A DNA stretch of 61,109 nt from a virus. Its lineage: Duplodnaviria > Caudoviricetes. Each line of letters begins with the position of its first letter. The stretch's first letter is position 1. Position numbers and translations under genes: made by a program. Under the pieces are notes generated by a model. That model did not search any database, was not told the origin of the DNA, and saw only the letters and a program-made list of their open reading frames with translations. The DNA is taken from IMG/VR virus record IMGVR_UViG_3300009593_000019, positions 1-61,109 of that record. The stretch is one strand, 5' to 3'. Shown piece after piece: positions 10,154 through 19,790 of this stretch.

Positions 10154-10633
10154 ATGGCTACAATAAACGGTAACGGAGAAACGAGGAAAACTCTCGCTTC
10201 TTTATCAAAAGATGTGTACGATAACCGTACGAGTATAGAGGTGTTGAAGTCTGAACTTCAGCAAAGCAATTTAGTGCATAAAAGATTAGACACAGCGATA
10301 GACAAGTTAACTAATATCAGTAGTGGTATTAAGTCAATGCTTGCAGTACACGAAGAGAAACTAAATCAAGCAGAAAAACTAGACGAAATAATCTTCTCAA
10401 AGTTGAAAGACAGACAAGAAGATACGGAACAAAGGTATAATCAATTGAAAGAAAATATAGACCTAACAGAAAAAAGAATAATGAACGAAATTAGGTCTAT
10501 TAAAAACTCTCTAGGAGAACGAGTAAATATACTAGAGAAATGGAAATGGTTGATTATAGGTGGTTCTATAGTAATAGGCTTCATTTTAGCAAGAAACTTC
10601 CCATTAGTTGTAGAGTTGATGAAAGTATCATAG
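10154..10633 (+). CDS. Coiled-coil protein with C-terminal TM (XhlA/hemolysin-like; possible lysis accessory)
   Basis: GGAG RBS; RVNILEKWKWLIIGG C-terminal anchor. Confidence 0.55.
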   Translation: MATINGNGETRKTLASLSKDVYDNRTSIEVLKSELQQSNLVHKRLDTAIDKLTNISSGIKSMLAVHEEKLNQAEKLDEIIFSKLKDRQEDTEQRYNQLKENIDLTEKRIMNEIRSIKNSLGERVNILEKWKWLIIGGSIVIGFILARNFPLVVELMKVS

Positions 10634-10666
10634 GTGCTTGACAAACCTGTACTGATATAGTATAGT
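10631..10666 (+). promoter_or_regulatory. sigma70-type promoter (TAGGTGCTTGACAA class)
   Basis: TTGACA 10638-43, 17-nt spacer, TATAGT 10661-66. Confidence 0.8.
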
Positions 10667-10693
10667 GTATTCTATATTAATAAAGAGTGCTAA

Positions 10694-11704
10694 ATGTCAA
10701 GTTATACTGATTTAAAATTTATCAACGAAATCTCGGCCCGACTAGGTCATTTCAAAAAGAAAGGCGACTATCTATTTAATTTTAGATGTCCTCATTGTGG
10801 TGATAGTCAAAAGTCAAAACTAAAGTCCAGAGGTTATTTCTACCGTAAGAAAAACGATATGTTTTTCAAATGCCACAATTGTGGTATGGGTCAAAACCTT
10901 GCAAACTTTCTAAAATTTATAGACCCAAAAGTCTATGAAAAATATCTATTAGAAAGGTATAAATCGGACGCACCTGCGACACCAAAACCCGAGTTTAAAT
11001 TTGATTTTAAACCAAAGTTGAAGATAGAGAACGACTATATATCTTCACTAACTAAAATATCAGATTTAGAAGACAATCATCCAGTACGAAAGTATGTGGA
11101 AAAAAGAATGATACCAGAAGAGCATTATGATAAACTTTTCTTGTGTCATAAGTTTTACGAGTGGGCACATAAAATCGCACCTCGTAAATATAACACTAGT
11201 AAGTATGACCATCCAAGACTAGTGATACCATTTTACGATACAGATGGTAAAGTGTTTGCGTATCAAGGTCGTGCTTTCGGTAAAGAAACACCTAAATATG
11301 TAACCATTAAACTAGACGAAGACAAACAAAAAATATTCGGACTAGAAAGAGTGAACTTTGCAAAACACATTTATGTTGTTGAAGGTCCTATTGATAGTTT
11401 GTTTATTGATAATTGTATTGCAGCCGGTGGCGCTGATTTGACTTTAGATAGTAAATTTAATAATGATAAGGTGACATATATATTTGATAACGAACCAAGA
11501 AATAAAGAAATAATAAAACGAATGGAAAAAATAATTGATTTAGGTTACAACATTTTTATTTGGCCAGAAGATATACAACTCAAAGATGTTAATGACCTAA
11601 TTATGACAGGTGTATCTAAAGTACAACTTGATGAGATTATAAGTATCAACACATATTCAAAACTATCAGCGAAGCAAGTATTAACAAATTATAGGAAAGT
11701 GTAG
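10694..11704 (+). CDS. gp61: DNA primase (T4 gp61-like)
   Basis: FRCPHCGDS...FKCHNCG zinc finger; YVVEGPIDSLF and FDNEPRN TOPRIM motifs. Confidence 0.95.
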   Translation: MSSYTDLKFINEISARLGHFKKKGDYLFNFRCPHCGDSQKSKLKSRGYFYRKKNDMFFKCHNCGMGQNLANFLKFIDPKVYEKYLLERYKSDAPATPKPEFKFDFKPKLKIENDYISSLTKISDLEDNHPVRKYVEKRMIPEEHYDKLFLCHKFYEWAHKIAPRKYNTSKYDHPRLVIPFYDTDGKVFAYQGRAFGKETPKYVTIKLDEDKQKIFGLERVNFAKHIYVVEGPIDSLFIDNCIAAGGADLTLDSKFNNDKVTYIFDNEPRNKEIIKRMEKIIDLGYNIFIWPEDIQLKDVNDLIMTGVSKVQLDEIISINTYSKLSAKQVLTNYRKV

Positions 11705-11713
11705 GAGTAATAG

Positions 11714-14080
11714 ATGACTGAAAATAAAATTAATGTTATAAAAAGAAATGGCCGTGGACAAGAACCTTTAAACATTGACAAGATACACGATATGGTAGAA
11801 TATGCCTGTGAAGATATTAAAGGTGTTTCATCATCACAAGTTGAAATGAATAGTGGTTTACAATTTTATGATAATATTCCTACCGAACAAATACAACAAA
11901 TTTTAATTAAATCAGCTTCAGACTTAATCTCACTAGAATATCCAAACTATCAATATGTTGCAAGTAGACTTCTTCTTTATAGTTTAAGAAAAGCATTGTT
12001 TGGTAAACTATGGGACCATCCTCACTTGTTTGCTCACACAAAGAAATGTGTTAAGTTAGGAGTTTATGACGCTGATATTTTAAATCAATACGAAGAAAAA
12101 GATTTTGATAGAATGAACTCTATGATTAACCACGATAGAGATTATGATTTTACATATGCAGGTTTAAGACAAGTTATGGATAAGTATCTTGTACAAGACA
12201 GAAGTAGTGGTAAGATTTATGAAACACCACAATTTATGTATATGATGATTGCGGCTACAATCTTTGCAAAGTATCCTAAAAACAAAAGATTAACATATGT
12301 GAGAAAATACTATAACGCAATCTCAACATTTAAGATTAATATTCCTACACCAGTTATGGCAGGTGTAAGAACACCTATGAAACAATATGCGAGTTGTGTA
12401 CTAGTAGATGTAAATGATAGTTTACCAAGTATCTTTTCAAGTGATACAGCGATAGGTTATTATACAGCACAAAGAGCAGGTATCGGTATCAATGCAGGTC
12501 GTATTAGAGGTATCAATAGTAGAATTAGAGGTGGTGAAGTTGCACATACAGGTGTAGTACCTTTCTTAAAGAAGTTTGAAGCAACCGTAAAATCTTGTAC
12601 ACAAAACGGTGTAAGAGGTGGTTGTGCTACGGTACACTTTCCTATCTGGCATAAAGAGATAGAAGATATTATTGTTTTAAAGAACAACAAAGGTAGTGAA
12701 GATAATAGAGTTAGAAAATTAGATTATTCAATTCAGTTATCAAAACTATTTTATGAAAGATTTATTAATGATGAAGAGATTACTTTATTCTCTCCACACG
12801 AAGTACCTGGTCTATATGACGCTTTCGGTACAGATAAGTTTGATGAACTATATTGTAAGTATGAGAAAGATACAAAGATATATCGTAAGAGAGTATCAGC
12901 ACAAAGATTGATTATGGACTTACTAAAAGAAAGAGCAGAAACAGGTCGTATGTATATTATGAATATTGACCACGCTAATTCACATAGTAGTTTTAAAGAT
13001 AAAGTTAATATGTCAAACTTATGTCAGGAGATTACATTACCTACAGACCCTATTGAACATATTGATGGTGACGGTGAAATCGCATTATGTATTTTAAGTG
13101 CAATCAATGTAGGTGTATTAAAAAATTTAGATGAATTAGAAAGTCTATGTGATTTATCAGTAAGAGCGTTAGATGAGATTATTGACCATCAACAATATCC
13201 AGTTAGAGCTGCTGAAATATCTACAAAGGCAAGAAGAAGTTTAGGTATCGGTTATATCGGACTTGCACACTATCTAGCAAAGAAAGGTTATACATATGAC
13301 CAGAAGATGGCGTGGAAAGAAGTTGATAAATTAACTGAAGCGTTCCAGTATTACCTGTTAAGTGCGAGTAATGAACTTGCAAAAGAAAAAACAAAGTGTG
13401 ATTACTTTGACAGGACAAAATATTCAGATGGTATCTTACCTATTGATACTTACAAAAAAGAAGTTGATGAGATTGTAAATCGTAAACTCAGCTTTGATTG
13501 GGAGTTATTAAGAAAAGATATAATGCAGTATGGGCTAAGACACAGCACTCTCTCCGCTCAAATGCCTTCTGAATCCTCTAGTGTGGTTTCAAATGCTACA
13601 AACGGCATTGAACCACCTAGAGACTATCTTTCAGTTAAGAAAAGTAAGAAAGGTACATTGAAACAAGTAGTACCTGATTATGCAAGACTAAAGAATTTTT
13701 ATAGTTTACTATGGGATATGAAGAGTAATGAAGGTTATATAAATATCGTTGCGGTTATGCAGAAGTATTTTGACCAAGGTATCTCTGGTAACTGGAGTTA
13801 TAATCCAGAACTATTTGAAGAGAACCAAGTACCTGTGTCTGCTATGGCACAAGACTTGTTAAACACTTATAAGTATGGTTGGAAGACTTCTTATTATCAA
13901 AACACTTATGATGGTAAGAAAGAAGACGAACCTATGCACCCAATGACTTATGATGAACAAGTCGTAGGTAGTGTAAATTTACAACCAGAACAAAAAAAGA
14001 ATGTGTTAATAGACACACAAACAGAAGTTAATGTTCCTGTCGTAGAAGATGACGGTGAATGTGAGGCTTGCAACATATAA
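11714..14080 (+). CDS. nrdA: Ribonucleotide reductase class Ia alpha subunit
   Basis: N-terminal ATP cone, SNLCQEI catalytic motif, YY pair, C-terminal CEAC. Confidence 0.97.
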   Translation: MTENKINVIKRNGRGQEPLNIDKIHDMVEYACEDIKGVSSSQVEMNSGLQFYDNIPTEQIQQILIKSASDLISLEYPNYQYVASRLLLYSLRKALFGKLWDHPHLFAHTKKCVKLGVYDADILNQYEEKDFDRMNSMINHDRDYDFTYAGLRQVMDKYLVQDRSSGKIYETPQFMYMMIAATIFAKYPKNKRLTYVRKYYNAISTFKINIPTPVMAGVRTPMKQYASCVLVDVNDSLPSIFSSDTAIGYYTAQRAGIGINAGRIRGINSRIRGGEVAHTGVVPFLKKFEATVKSCTQNGVRGGCATVHFPIWHKEIEDIIVLKNNKGSEDNRVRKLDYSIQLSKLFYERFINDEEITLFSPHEVPGLYDAFGTDKFDELYCKYEKDTKIYRKRVSAQRLIMDLLKERAETGRMYIMNIDHANSHSSFKDKVNMSNLCQEITLPTDPIEHIDGDGEIALCILSAINVGVLKNLDELESLCDLSVRALDEIIDHQQYPVRAAEISTKARRSLGIGYIGLAHYLAKKGYTYDQKMAWKEVDKLTEAFQYYLLSASNELAKEKTKCDYFDRTKYSDGILPIDTYKKEVDEIVNRKLSFDWELLRKDIMQYGLRHSTLSAQMPSESSSVVSNATNGIEPPRDYLSVKKSKKGTLKQVVPDYARLKNFYSLLWDMKSNEGYINIVAVMQKYFDQGISGNWSYNPELFEENQVPVSAMAQDLLNTYKYGWKTSYYQNTYDGKKEDEPMHPMTYDEQVVGSVNLQPEQKKNVLIDTQTEVNVPVVEDDGECEACNI

Positions 14081-14093
14081 AGAGGATAAAGAG

Positions 14094-15197
14094 TTGAGTA
14101 ATACGGTTTTTAATAAAGGAAAAGAAATAGACTACACTAAACAACCTATGTTTTTTGGTGAAGACTTACAGGTACAAAGATACGACAATATGAAGTATCC
14201 TATATTTGATAAGTTAACACAACAACAATTAGGTTTCTTCTGGAGACCAGAAGAAGTATCATTACAGAAAGACAGGTCTGATTGGTCAGTATTAAGACCA
14301 GAACAGAAGTTTATCTTTACATCTAATCTAAAGTATCAAACTATGTTAGATAGTGTACAAGGTAGAGGTCCGTGTCTTGCTTTCTTACCTTTTGTATCAT
14401 TACCAGAATTAGAAGGTTGTATTGTAACCTGGGACTTTATGGAAACAATTCATAGTAGAAGTTATACATACATCATTAAGAACTTATATTCAGACCCAGC
14501 AGAAGTATTTGATACTATTATATCAGATGAGAAGATTGAGAGAAGAAGTCAATCTGTTACCGGTCATTATGACGAATTAATTAACACAGGTATGAAACAT
14601 CAATTAGGACAAAAGATTGATGAATACGATTTAAAAGAAAAGTTATGGCGTACATTAGTTACCGTAAACATACTAGAAGGTTTAAGATTTTATGTATCTT
14701 TTGCTTGTAGTTTTGCTTTCGGTGAATTAAAACTAATGGAAGGTAGTGCGAAGATTATATCGTTTATTGCGAGAGACGAAAGCCAACACCTTGCTGTATC
14801 ACAAAGAATTATTAATAACTATCGTGGACCAGAGAACGATAAAGTTATGAATAAGGTTATTAAGAACAATGAGAAATATGTTGAACAACTATACAAAGAC
14901 GCAGTAGCAGAAGAGAAGCGTTGGGCAACACATTTATTCAGTAAAGGTTCAATGGTTGGACTTTCTGAAAAACTATTACACAATTATGTGGAATGGACAG
15001 CAAACAAGAGAATGAAAGCTATTGGTATGAAACCAATCTATGACCAAGGTAATACAAATCCTTTACCTTGGACTGAACACTGGTTCAATAGCAGAAGTTT
15101 ACAAAATGCACCACAAGAAACTGAAATAGAAAGTTATGTTATTGGTGGTATTAAACAGGATGTAGAAAAAGACCAGTTTAAGAAATTCAAATTATAA
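14094..15197 (+). CDS. nrdB: Ribonucleotide reductase class Ia beta subunit
   Basis: FFWRPEE, ETIHSRSY, DESQH motifs; TTG start after the GAGGA RBS. Confidence 0.96.
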   Translation: MSNTVFNKGKEIDYTKQPMFFGEDLQVQRYDNMKYPIFDKLTQQQLGFFWRPEEVSLQKDRSDWSVLRPEQKFIFTSNLKYQTMLDSVQGRGPCLAFLPFVSLPELEGCIVTWDFMETIHSRSYTYIIKNLYSDPAEVFDTIISDEKIERRSQSVTGHYDELINTGMKHQLGQKIDEYDLKEKLWRTLVTVNILEGLRFYVSFACSFAFGELKLMEGSAKIISFIARDESQHLAVSQRIINNYRGPENDKVMNKVIKNNEKYVEQLYKDAVAEEKRWATHLFSKGSMVGLSEKLLHNYVEWTANKRMKAIGMKPIYDQGNTNPLPWTEHWFNSRSLQNAPQETEIESYVIGGIKQDVEKDQFKKFKL

Positions 15198-15367
15198 TGG
15201 AAAAGAAAAAGTACGAATGTCCTCATTGCGAGGAGGAGTTTATTATTTCGTGGAAGAATGAAGAACTAGAACCAATGACCTGTCCGTTTTGTGGCGGTTC
15301 AATAGATGAACCGGTTGATGATTATTTACCAGAGGATACCACAGATGACGAAGATACTTGGAATTGA
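15197..15367 (+). CDS. Small zinc-ribbon protein (CPHC...CPFC, acidic tail, 56 aa)
   Basis: TAATG coupling to nrdB; two CxxC motifs. Confidence 0.75.
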   Translation: MEKKKYECPHCEEEFIISWKNEELEPMTCPFCGGSIDEPVDDYLPEDTTDDEDTWN

Positions 15368-15920
15368 TTATTCTTTAACCTGTCCTGCCATATGTGTTAT
15401 GGACGGACAACCTATTATAGACGACCCATTACAGAATTGTAAGTTTTATTATTTAACTACGGTGAGAAAGTACGAAGGCGTGTTTGCAGATGGTATGATT
15501 ATTGGTCGTACAATGCCAGAATGGAAACACGAACAAGAAAGACACGATAAGATTTCTGATTTTGTTTTTAAATCAGTTATAGGTAATACTATAAACCCAT
15601 ATGTTTTTATAGAAGATTACTCTTTTGGTAGTAAAGGAAGAGTATTCAATCTTGCTGAAAATACAGGACTATTGAAACATAAACTATATACAAAAGGTAT
15701 ACGATTTGAAACATTAGTACCATCTGTAGTTAAGAAGTTAGCAACTGGTAAAGGTAATGCTGACAAAGAGAAGATGTACGATAAGTTTTATGAAGAGACT
15801 GGAGTTAATCTAATGGAAGCATTAGACCAACAAACTCTCAAAAATCCTGTTACCGATATTGTAGATAGTTATTACATAGCGAGAGCAGGATATGAAACAT
15901 TTATGGACAAAGATAACTAA
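15345..15920 (+). CDS. RuvC-like Holliday junction resolvase
   Basis: ILGIDYS, FIEDYSF, KKLATGKGNADK and DIVDSYYIA RuvC-fold motifs; start at ATG 15345. Confidence 0.8.
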   Translation: MTKILGIDYSLTCPAICVMDGQPIIDDPLQNCKFYYLTTVRKYEGVFADGMIIGRTMPEWKHEQERHDKISDFVFKSVIGNTINPYVFIEDYSFGSKGRVFNLAENTGLLKHKLYTKGIRFETLVPSVVKKLATGKGNADKEKMYDKFYEETGVNLMEALDQQTLKNPVTDIVDSYYIARAGYETFMDKDN

Positions 15921-16137
15921 TAAAGATAGATGGATAGGACTAGCAATCGCTGTATCCTCCGTTTATATTCTATCTGAAGCAAATGTCAATACACAATGGA
16001 TAGGTTGGTTCCTTTCAATTATAGCGTGTATGATGTGGGTCTACTTCGGATATAGAGATAAAGACTACCCTAGAGCTTTGATGGAATTGATGTATTTACT
16101 ACTATCAATGAGAGCAATGTACAACTGGCTCATCTAA
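15892..16137 (+). CDS. Small 3-TM membrane protein (PnuC/SemiSWEET-like half-transporter fold?)
   Basis: Three hydrophobic helices with WxGW and W...G motifs. Confidence 0.55.
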   Translation: MKHLWTKITNKDRWIGLAIAVSSVYILSEANVNTQWIGWFLSIIACMMWVYFGYRDKDYPRALMELMYLLLSMRAMYNWLI

Positions 16138-16177
16138 AAACCCCCTAAAATCAACGAAAAATAGTGTAAAAAAGTGC

Positions 16178-16206
16178 TTGACAACGCTTAAAAAGTGTGG
16201 TATATT
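16178..16206 (+). promoter_or_regulatory. sigma70-type early promoter
   Basis: TTGACA-17-TATATT with TG extension and A-rich UP element. Confidence 0.75.
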
Positions 16207-16212
16207 GTATGT

Positions 16213-16455
16213 ATGATGAATAAAAACACTATGCAAAACACACTAAAATGGTTAGGAACCTTCACTTTGATACTTGGAACAGGTATTAATTCACTTGGAA
16301 TATACCCTTTAGGCCCTCTAGTAATGGTGCTAGGAGGGTTAATCTGGTGTATCGTAGGTATTATGTGGAAAGAAATGTCTCTAATAATCACAAATTTGAC
16401 ACTTTCCTTGGTTTCTATAGTCGGAATATGTTATACAATGGGGTATTTTTCTTAA
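16213..16455 (+). CDS. 3-TM membrane protein (DUF6552-like)
   Basis: LKWLGT...YPLG...W.IVG.MWKE.SLI pattern; paralogous pattern at 33103. Confidence 0.65.
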   Translation: MMNKNTMQNTLKWLGTFTLILGTGINSLGIYPLGPLVMVLGGLIWCIVGIMWKEMSLIITNLTLSLVSIVGICYTMGYFS

Positions 16456-16474
16456 TATTATGCTCACTTTTTGC

Positions 16475-16502
16475 TTGACAATATCCACAGATATGATACT
16501 AT
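16475..16502 (+). promoter_or_regulatory. sigma70-type early promoter
   Basis: TTGACA-16-TACTAT with TGn extension. Confidence 0.65.
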
Positions 16503-16547
16503 TAAGTATGAATTTAATTAATAACACACTAAAAGGAGGACAACACT

Positions 16548-16733
16548 ATGTCTAAAACTATGCAATGGGCTTGGGATACAGCCGAAAAAGAAGTTGATAA
16601 TCTAATCTTCAAAATGAAAGATGGTCAATTTGATTGGGATACTTGTAAGAGTAAAATCTTATCAGTACAGAATGTCGGATTATGTGGCATTGACGAAAAC
16701 AATGTTGACGAAGTAATGAGTATTGAAAACTAA
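16548..16733 (+). CDS. Hypothetical early protein
   Basis: AGGAGG RBS behind a sigma70 promoter. Confidence 0.75.
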   Translation: MSKTMQWAWDTAEKEVDNLIFKMKDGQFDWDTCKSKILSVQNVGLCGIDENNVDEVMSIEN

Positions 16734-16734
16734 T

Positions 16735-16809
16735 ATGATTACTTCATTTTTTATTTTAATGTTTACAATGATTACAACAATAATAATATTGAGAAAGGTA
16801 CTATCGTAA
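16735..16809 (+). CDS. Possible 24-aa hydrophobic peptide
   Basis: Fills the gap exactly; TAATG coupling to the next gene. Confidence 0.35.
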   Translation: MITSFFILMFTMITTIIILRKVLS

Positions 16810-17261
16810 TGACAAAAGCACTTGAAGGAATTAACTTTGAAGGAAAACCAATATCTGAATATATTGATGGCAAGACTTTCAATGTATGTTATTTAAGAGA
16901 ATATATGGATCCTGAACACGAAGGTGAATTCTTTTATGCTTATGAAACGGTTTACAGAAATGTACCTAACAAGTATAAACATATTTTTACAGATAAAGTA
17001 AAACTAAAAATTGTAAAATTCCTTGATTGGAATTACAAAGAAACAGCAACCAACTTTGCTAAAGTCTCAAAGGTAGAGTTGATTAATGAAAACCAATACT
17101 ATCAAACATATGAAGATGTATTCGGTGATACGGCTGCAGGAGACAAAAATATGTTCAACGATTATGGTCAATCTTATGATAGACAAGGTTTTAGAAAAGA
17201 CTTTAATCCTGAACTAACATTAACAAGAAATCCTATCAGAAGAAAATTGAAAGTAAATTAG
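16809..17261 (+). CDS. Hypothetical early protein
   Basis: AAGGT RBS; ORF track. Confidence 0.7.
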   Translation: MTKALEGINFEGKPISEYIDGKTFNVCYLREYMDPEHEGEFFYAYETVYRNVPNKYKHIFTDKVKLKIVKFLDWNYKETATNFAKVSKVELINENQYYQTYEDVFGDTAAGDKNMFNDYGQSYDRQGFRKDFNPELTLTRNPIRRKLKVN

Positions 17262-17270
17262 GAGTATATT

Positions 17271-17564
17271 ATGATAATAAATGTAGGTGATACAATCAAA
17301 GCAAATCACGGAAGAACAGGCGAGATAATCAATATCGGTATCGCAACAGAAACAACTGATATTGCGGCTGAGAACGACACAAGTTTGAATGCCCAAACAT
17401 ATGATACAGATTTAAACTATACAGGTGCCATTACCTTTACGAATGAGAATGGTGGTACTTACTGGTGTTATTTTAGTCAGATTGAAGACAACCTGACCGA
17501 GAGAAATAAAAGTGATATAGATATTAGTATCAATTTAGAAAACGAAATGGTAAAAGGGAAGTAA
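17271..17564 (+). CDS. Hypothetical protein (SH3/KOW-like N-terminus)
   Basis: AGGAG RBS; INVGDTI...GRTGEI pattern. Confidence 0.7.
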   Translation: MIINVGDTIKANHGRTGEIINIGIATETTDIAAENDTSLNAQTYDTDLNYTGAITFTNENGGTYWCYFSQIEDNLTERNKSDIDISINLENEMVKGK

Positions 17565-17568
17565 GAAG

Positions 17569-17793
17569 ATGATTGATGTATTAACGGTCATTGAAGAACT
17601 GAAAGAAATAAAGGCTCAACTTACTAGTGGCAATACACCAATGGCCATTAAGAAGATTGATGAAGGGATTGCATATAGAGAAAAAGAAGTCGCAGACTTT
17701 GAAAAGGAATATGCACCCAAAGATAATATTAATAAAGTACCAATGGGTGATTTAGCAAATGACCCATTTGACATAACAGGACAAGGAGTTTAA
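17569..17793 (+). CDS. Hypothetical protein
   Basis: Tightly packed in the operon. Confidence 0.7.
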   Translation: MIDVLTVIEELKEIKAQLTSGNTPMAIKKIDEGIAYREKEVADFEKEYAPKDNINKVPMGDLANDPFDITGQGV

Positions 17794-17794
17794 T

Positions 17795-18034
17795 ATGATG
17801 TCAGAAGGATTATTCGGAGTTATTCTATTATCAATTGCAGGAGGCGCTTTTGTATATTGTTTGATAGAATTAAATAGTTGTAAAGAAATTTGCAACAAAT
17901 TAAAGAGAAACATTAAATCTTATATTAAGAAGTCTGAACAATTAGAGTTGCCTTTGAAGATGAAAAAGCAACCACCTAAATATTTGTCAGGCAAAACTAA
18001 AAAGAAGAAAAGTGCGAAAAAGACTAAAAAATAG
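17795..18034 (+). CDS. Hypothetical protein, N-terminal TM and Lys-rich tail
   Basis: AAGGAG RBS. Confidence 0.7.
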   Translation: MMSEGLFGVILLSIAGGAFVYCLIELNSCKEICNKLKRNIKSYIKKSEQLELPLKMKKQPPKYLSGKTKKKKSAKKTKK

Positions 18035-18134
18035 TATGAGCAATGTATCAAGGGAGCTCCCTAAACCCTACACAGCGCCCTCTAAACCCGCCGTTTTTCC
18101 TAAAAATAGTGTAAAATGTGGGTTTATTGGCTGC

Positions 18135-18163
18135 TTGACAATATTAGGGCAGTATGTTAATAT
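18135..18163 (+). promoter_or_regulatory. sigma70-type early promoter
   Basis: TTGACA-17-TAATAT with TG extension. Confidence 0.75.
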
Positions 18164-18194
18164 TAACAATAATAATGAGAGAGAGGTATAAAAT

Positions 18195-18512
18195 ATGAGC
18201 TTTACTTACACAAAAGAAATGATGTTTAGTGAGTTTAAGACGGCGACAATAAAAGACCAAAAAGGTAAGAAAGAGAAATACGACAATCGTATTAAGTTTC
18301 TAAAAGAAATGAAATCGTTGAAGAAAGAACATCCATCTTCAATGAGAAATATTAGTATCACTCAAAGACAATTTGACAATTTGATACTGGCGTGGTCATC
18401 ACCAAATCCAAGAGACCATTTTTATATGAAAGTATTTGGTAAGACTTATGCAGAACAAAAAGCGGCTGAAAGCAAAGCATATGGTAAAGACAAAGAAGAA
18501 TTACTTAACTAG
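18195..18512 (+). CDS. Hypothetical early protein
   Basis: GAGG RBS behind the promoter. Confidence 0.7.
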   Translation: MSFTYTKEMMFSEFKTATIKDQKGKKEKYDNRIKFLKEMKSLKKEHPSSMRNISITQRQFDNLILAWSSPNPRDHFYMKVFGKTYAEQKAAESKAYGKDKEELLN

Positions 18513-18804
18513 AGAAATGAGAAACGAGATAGCAAGAGAAAAACATAAGAAGTGGCTCAAGTCTATCGGTGTTAAGTTAGATAGTCAAGGCAATGTGATT
18601 AATGAGTTTAAAGGTTATCCATTTCCTGACTATTCAGTAAGACCTTCAATACCTTGTAGTAATAATATAATTGCAGGTGCTACCAAGAGAGAGGTATTGA
18701 AACCAAAACTACCTGCTGGTAAAACAATCAGTATTGCATACAACAAAGGTAATTATCAAGTTGTAGACATTGCTGATATAACAACAATGGGAAGGAAAGT
18801 ATGA
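18481..18804 (+). CDS. Hypothetical basic protein (IAYNKGNYQV motif family)
   Basis: ATG 18481 in frame; conserved-looking C-terminal motif. Confidence 0.65.
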   Translation: MVKTKKNYLTREMRNEIAREKHKKWLKSIGVKLDSQGNVINEFKGYPFPDYSVRPSIPCSNNIIAGATKREVLKPKLPAGKTISIAYNKGNYQVVDIADITTMGRKV

Positions 18805-19055
18805 ACAAGATACTTATATTATGTGTAATAATGCTTGGCGTTATGATGACGAGTGTTGTTGCAGAAGAACAGAAGACCTATACATTTACGGAAGTGAAGA
18901 CAGCAGTTTTCAATATTCCTGGTAATGTACACAACTTTTTGACAAGTGAAGTTGAGAAGACAAAAGCTTATCAAAAAGAATCTTGGGCAGATATGAAGAC
19001 ACAAACTGCTCAGAATTGGGCACAATTGAAATCATTGTTTACAAAGAAGAACTAA
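18801..19055 (+). CDS. Secreted hypothetical protein
   Basis: Signal peptide; AAGGA RBS. Confidence 0.7.
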   Translation: MNKILILCVIMLGVMMTSVVAEEQKTYTFTEVKTAVFNIPGNVHNFLTSEVEKTKAYQKESWADMKTQTAQNWAQLKSLFTKKN

Positions 19056-19264
19056 TGAGCGACTTTCATTTAACTTCAAATAATGATGGTACTTTTCTTA
19101 TCAGACCTGTCAGCGCTAGAGCTGAGGTCTGGTGGAAAGCTGCTGAAATGAGAGAGAAGTATGTTGTAGATAATACAGGCAACGACTTCGCAGTAATATT
19201 AACTGAAAACCAAAGAAAGGTATGTGATGAAATTAGAAAAAATAATTTTGATTTTACTAATTAG
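19055..19264 (+). CDS. Hypothetical protein
   Basis: TAATG-coupled start at 19055 (MSDFHL...). Confidence 0.6.
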   Translation: MSDFHLTSNNDGTFLIRPVSARAEVWWKAAEMREKYVVDNTGNDFAVILTENQRKVCDEIRKNNFDFTN

Positions 19265-19790
19265 TGTTTCATTAAGTGCCTGTGGTGCAACCGGTAAGAA
19301 GATAGACGGTTCACATATTCAAGTACAAAATTCAGATGTGAATAATACTACAGGATTTAAATTCAATAGAAGTCATTTTGGTGCTGCCGTTGGTGCAACA
19401 ACAGGTGCTATGACTTGTGTAGAAATGATTGGTTCTGACCCATACATTGCGGCCGCTTGTGCTGTAGTTGGTGCCTTTGCAGGTGCTGAACTTATGTATG
19501 ATAGTGATTACGACTTACATCAAGCAGTATTTGTAGACCACTTAAACAATGGTCCTGGTTCAGCAAGTTATACGAACTGGTTAAATAGTAAAACAGGTAG
19601 TAATGGCACTATTAAGATTAATAGAAGTTATAGTCAAGGTCCTATTATCTGTAAAGAGTATGAAAGTAGTTTTAATATAAAGAACAAATGGCCTGTAGTT
19701 GGTATCTCAAACAATGATATTGATACAAGGTTCGGAGTTGTATGCCAAATGCCTGATGGCAGATGGGTTGAGAAAGGTATGATTAGATAA
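19227..19790 (+). CDS. Glycine-zipper lipoprotein (17-kDa surface antigen-like)
   Basis: Lipobox LSAC; GAAVGA..GA..GA zipper; W-N-x-x-TG-x-x-G and C..Y...C.x.PDGRW domain. Confidence 0.7.
   Translation: MKLEKIILILLISVSLSACGATGKKIDGSHIQVQNSDVNNTTGFKFNRSHFGAAVGATTGAMTCVEMIGSDPYIAAACAVVGAFAGAELMYDSDYDLHQAVFVDHLNNGPGSASYTNWLNSKTGSNGTIKINRSYSQGPIICKEYESSFNIKNKWPVVGISNNDIDTRFGVVCQMPDGRWVEKGMIR

Noticed and set aside
11714-15197. Introns, inteins or homing endonucleases in nrdA/nrdB
   Set aside because: Both ORFs are uninterrupted and of ordinary length.
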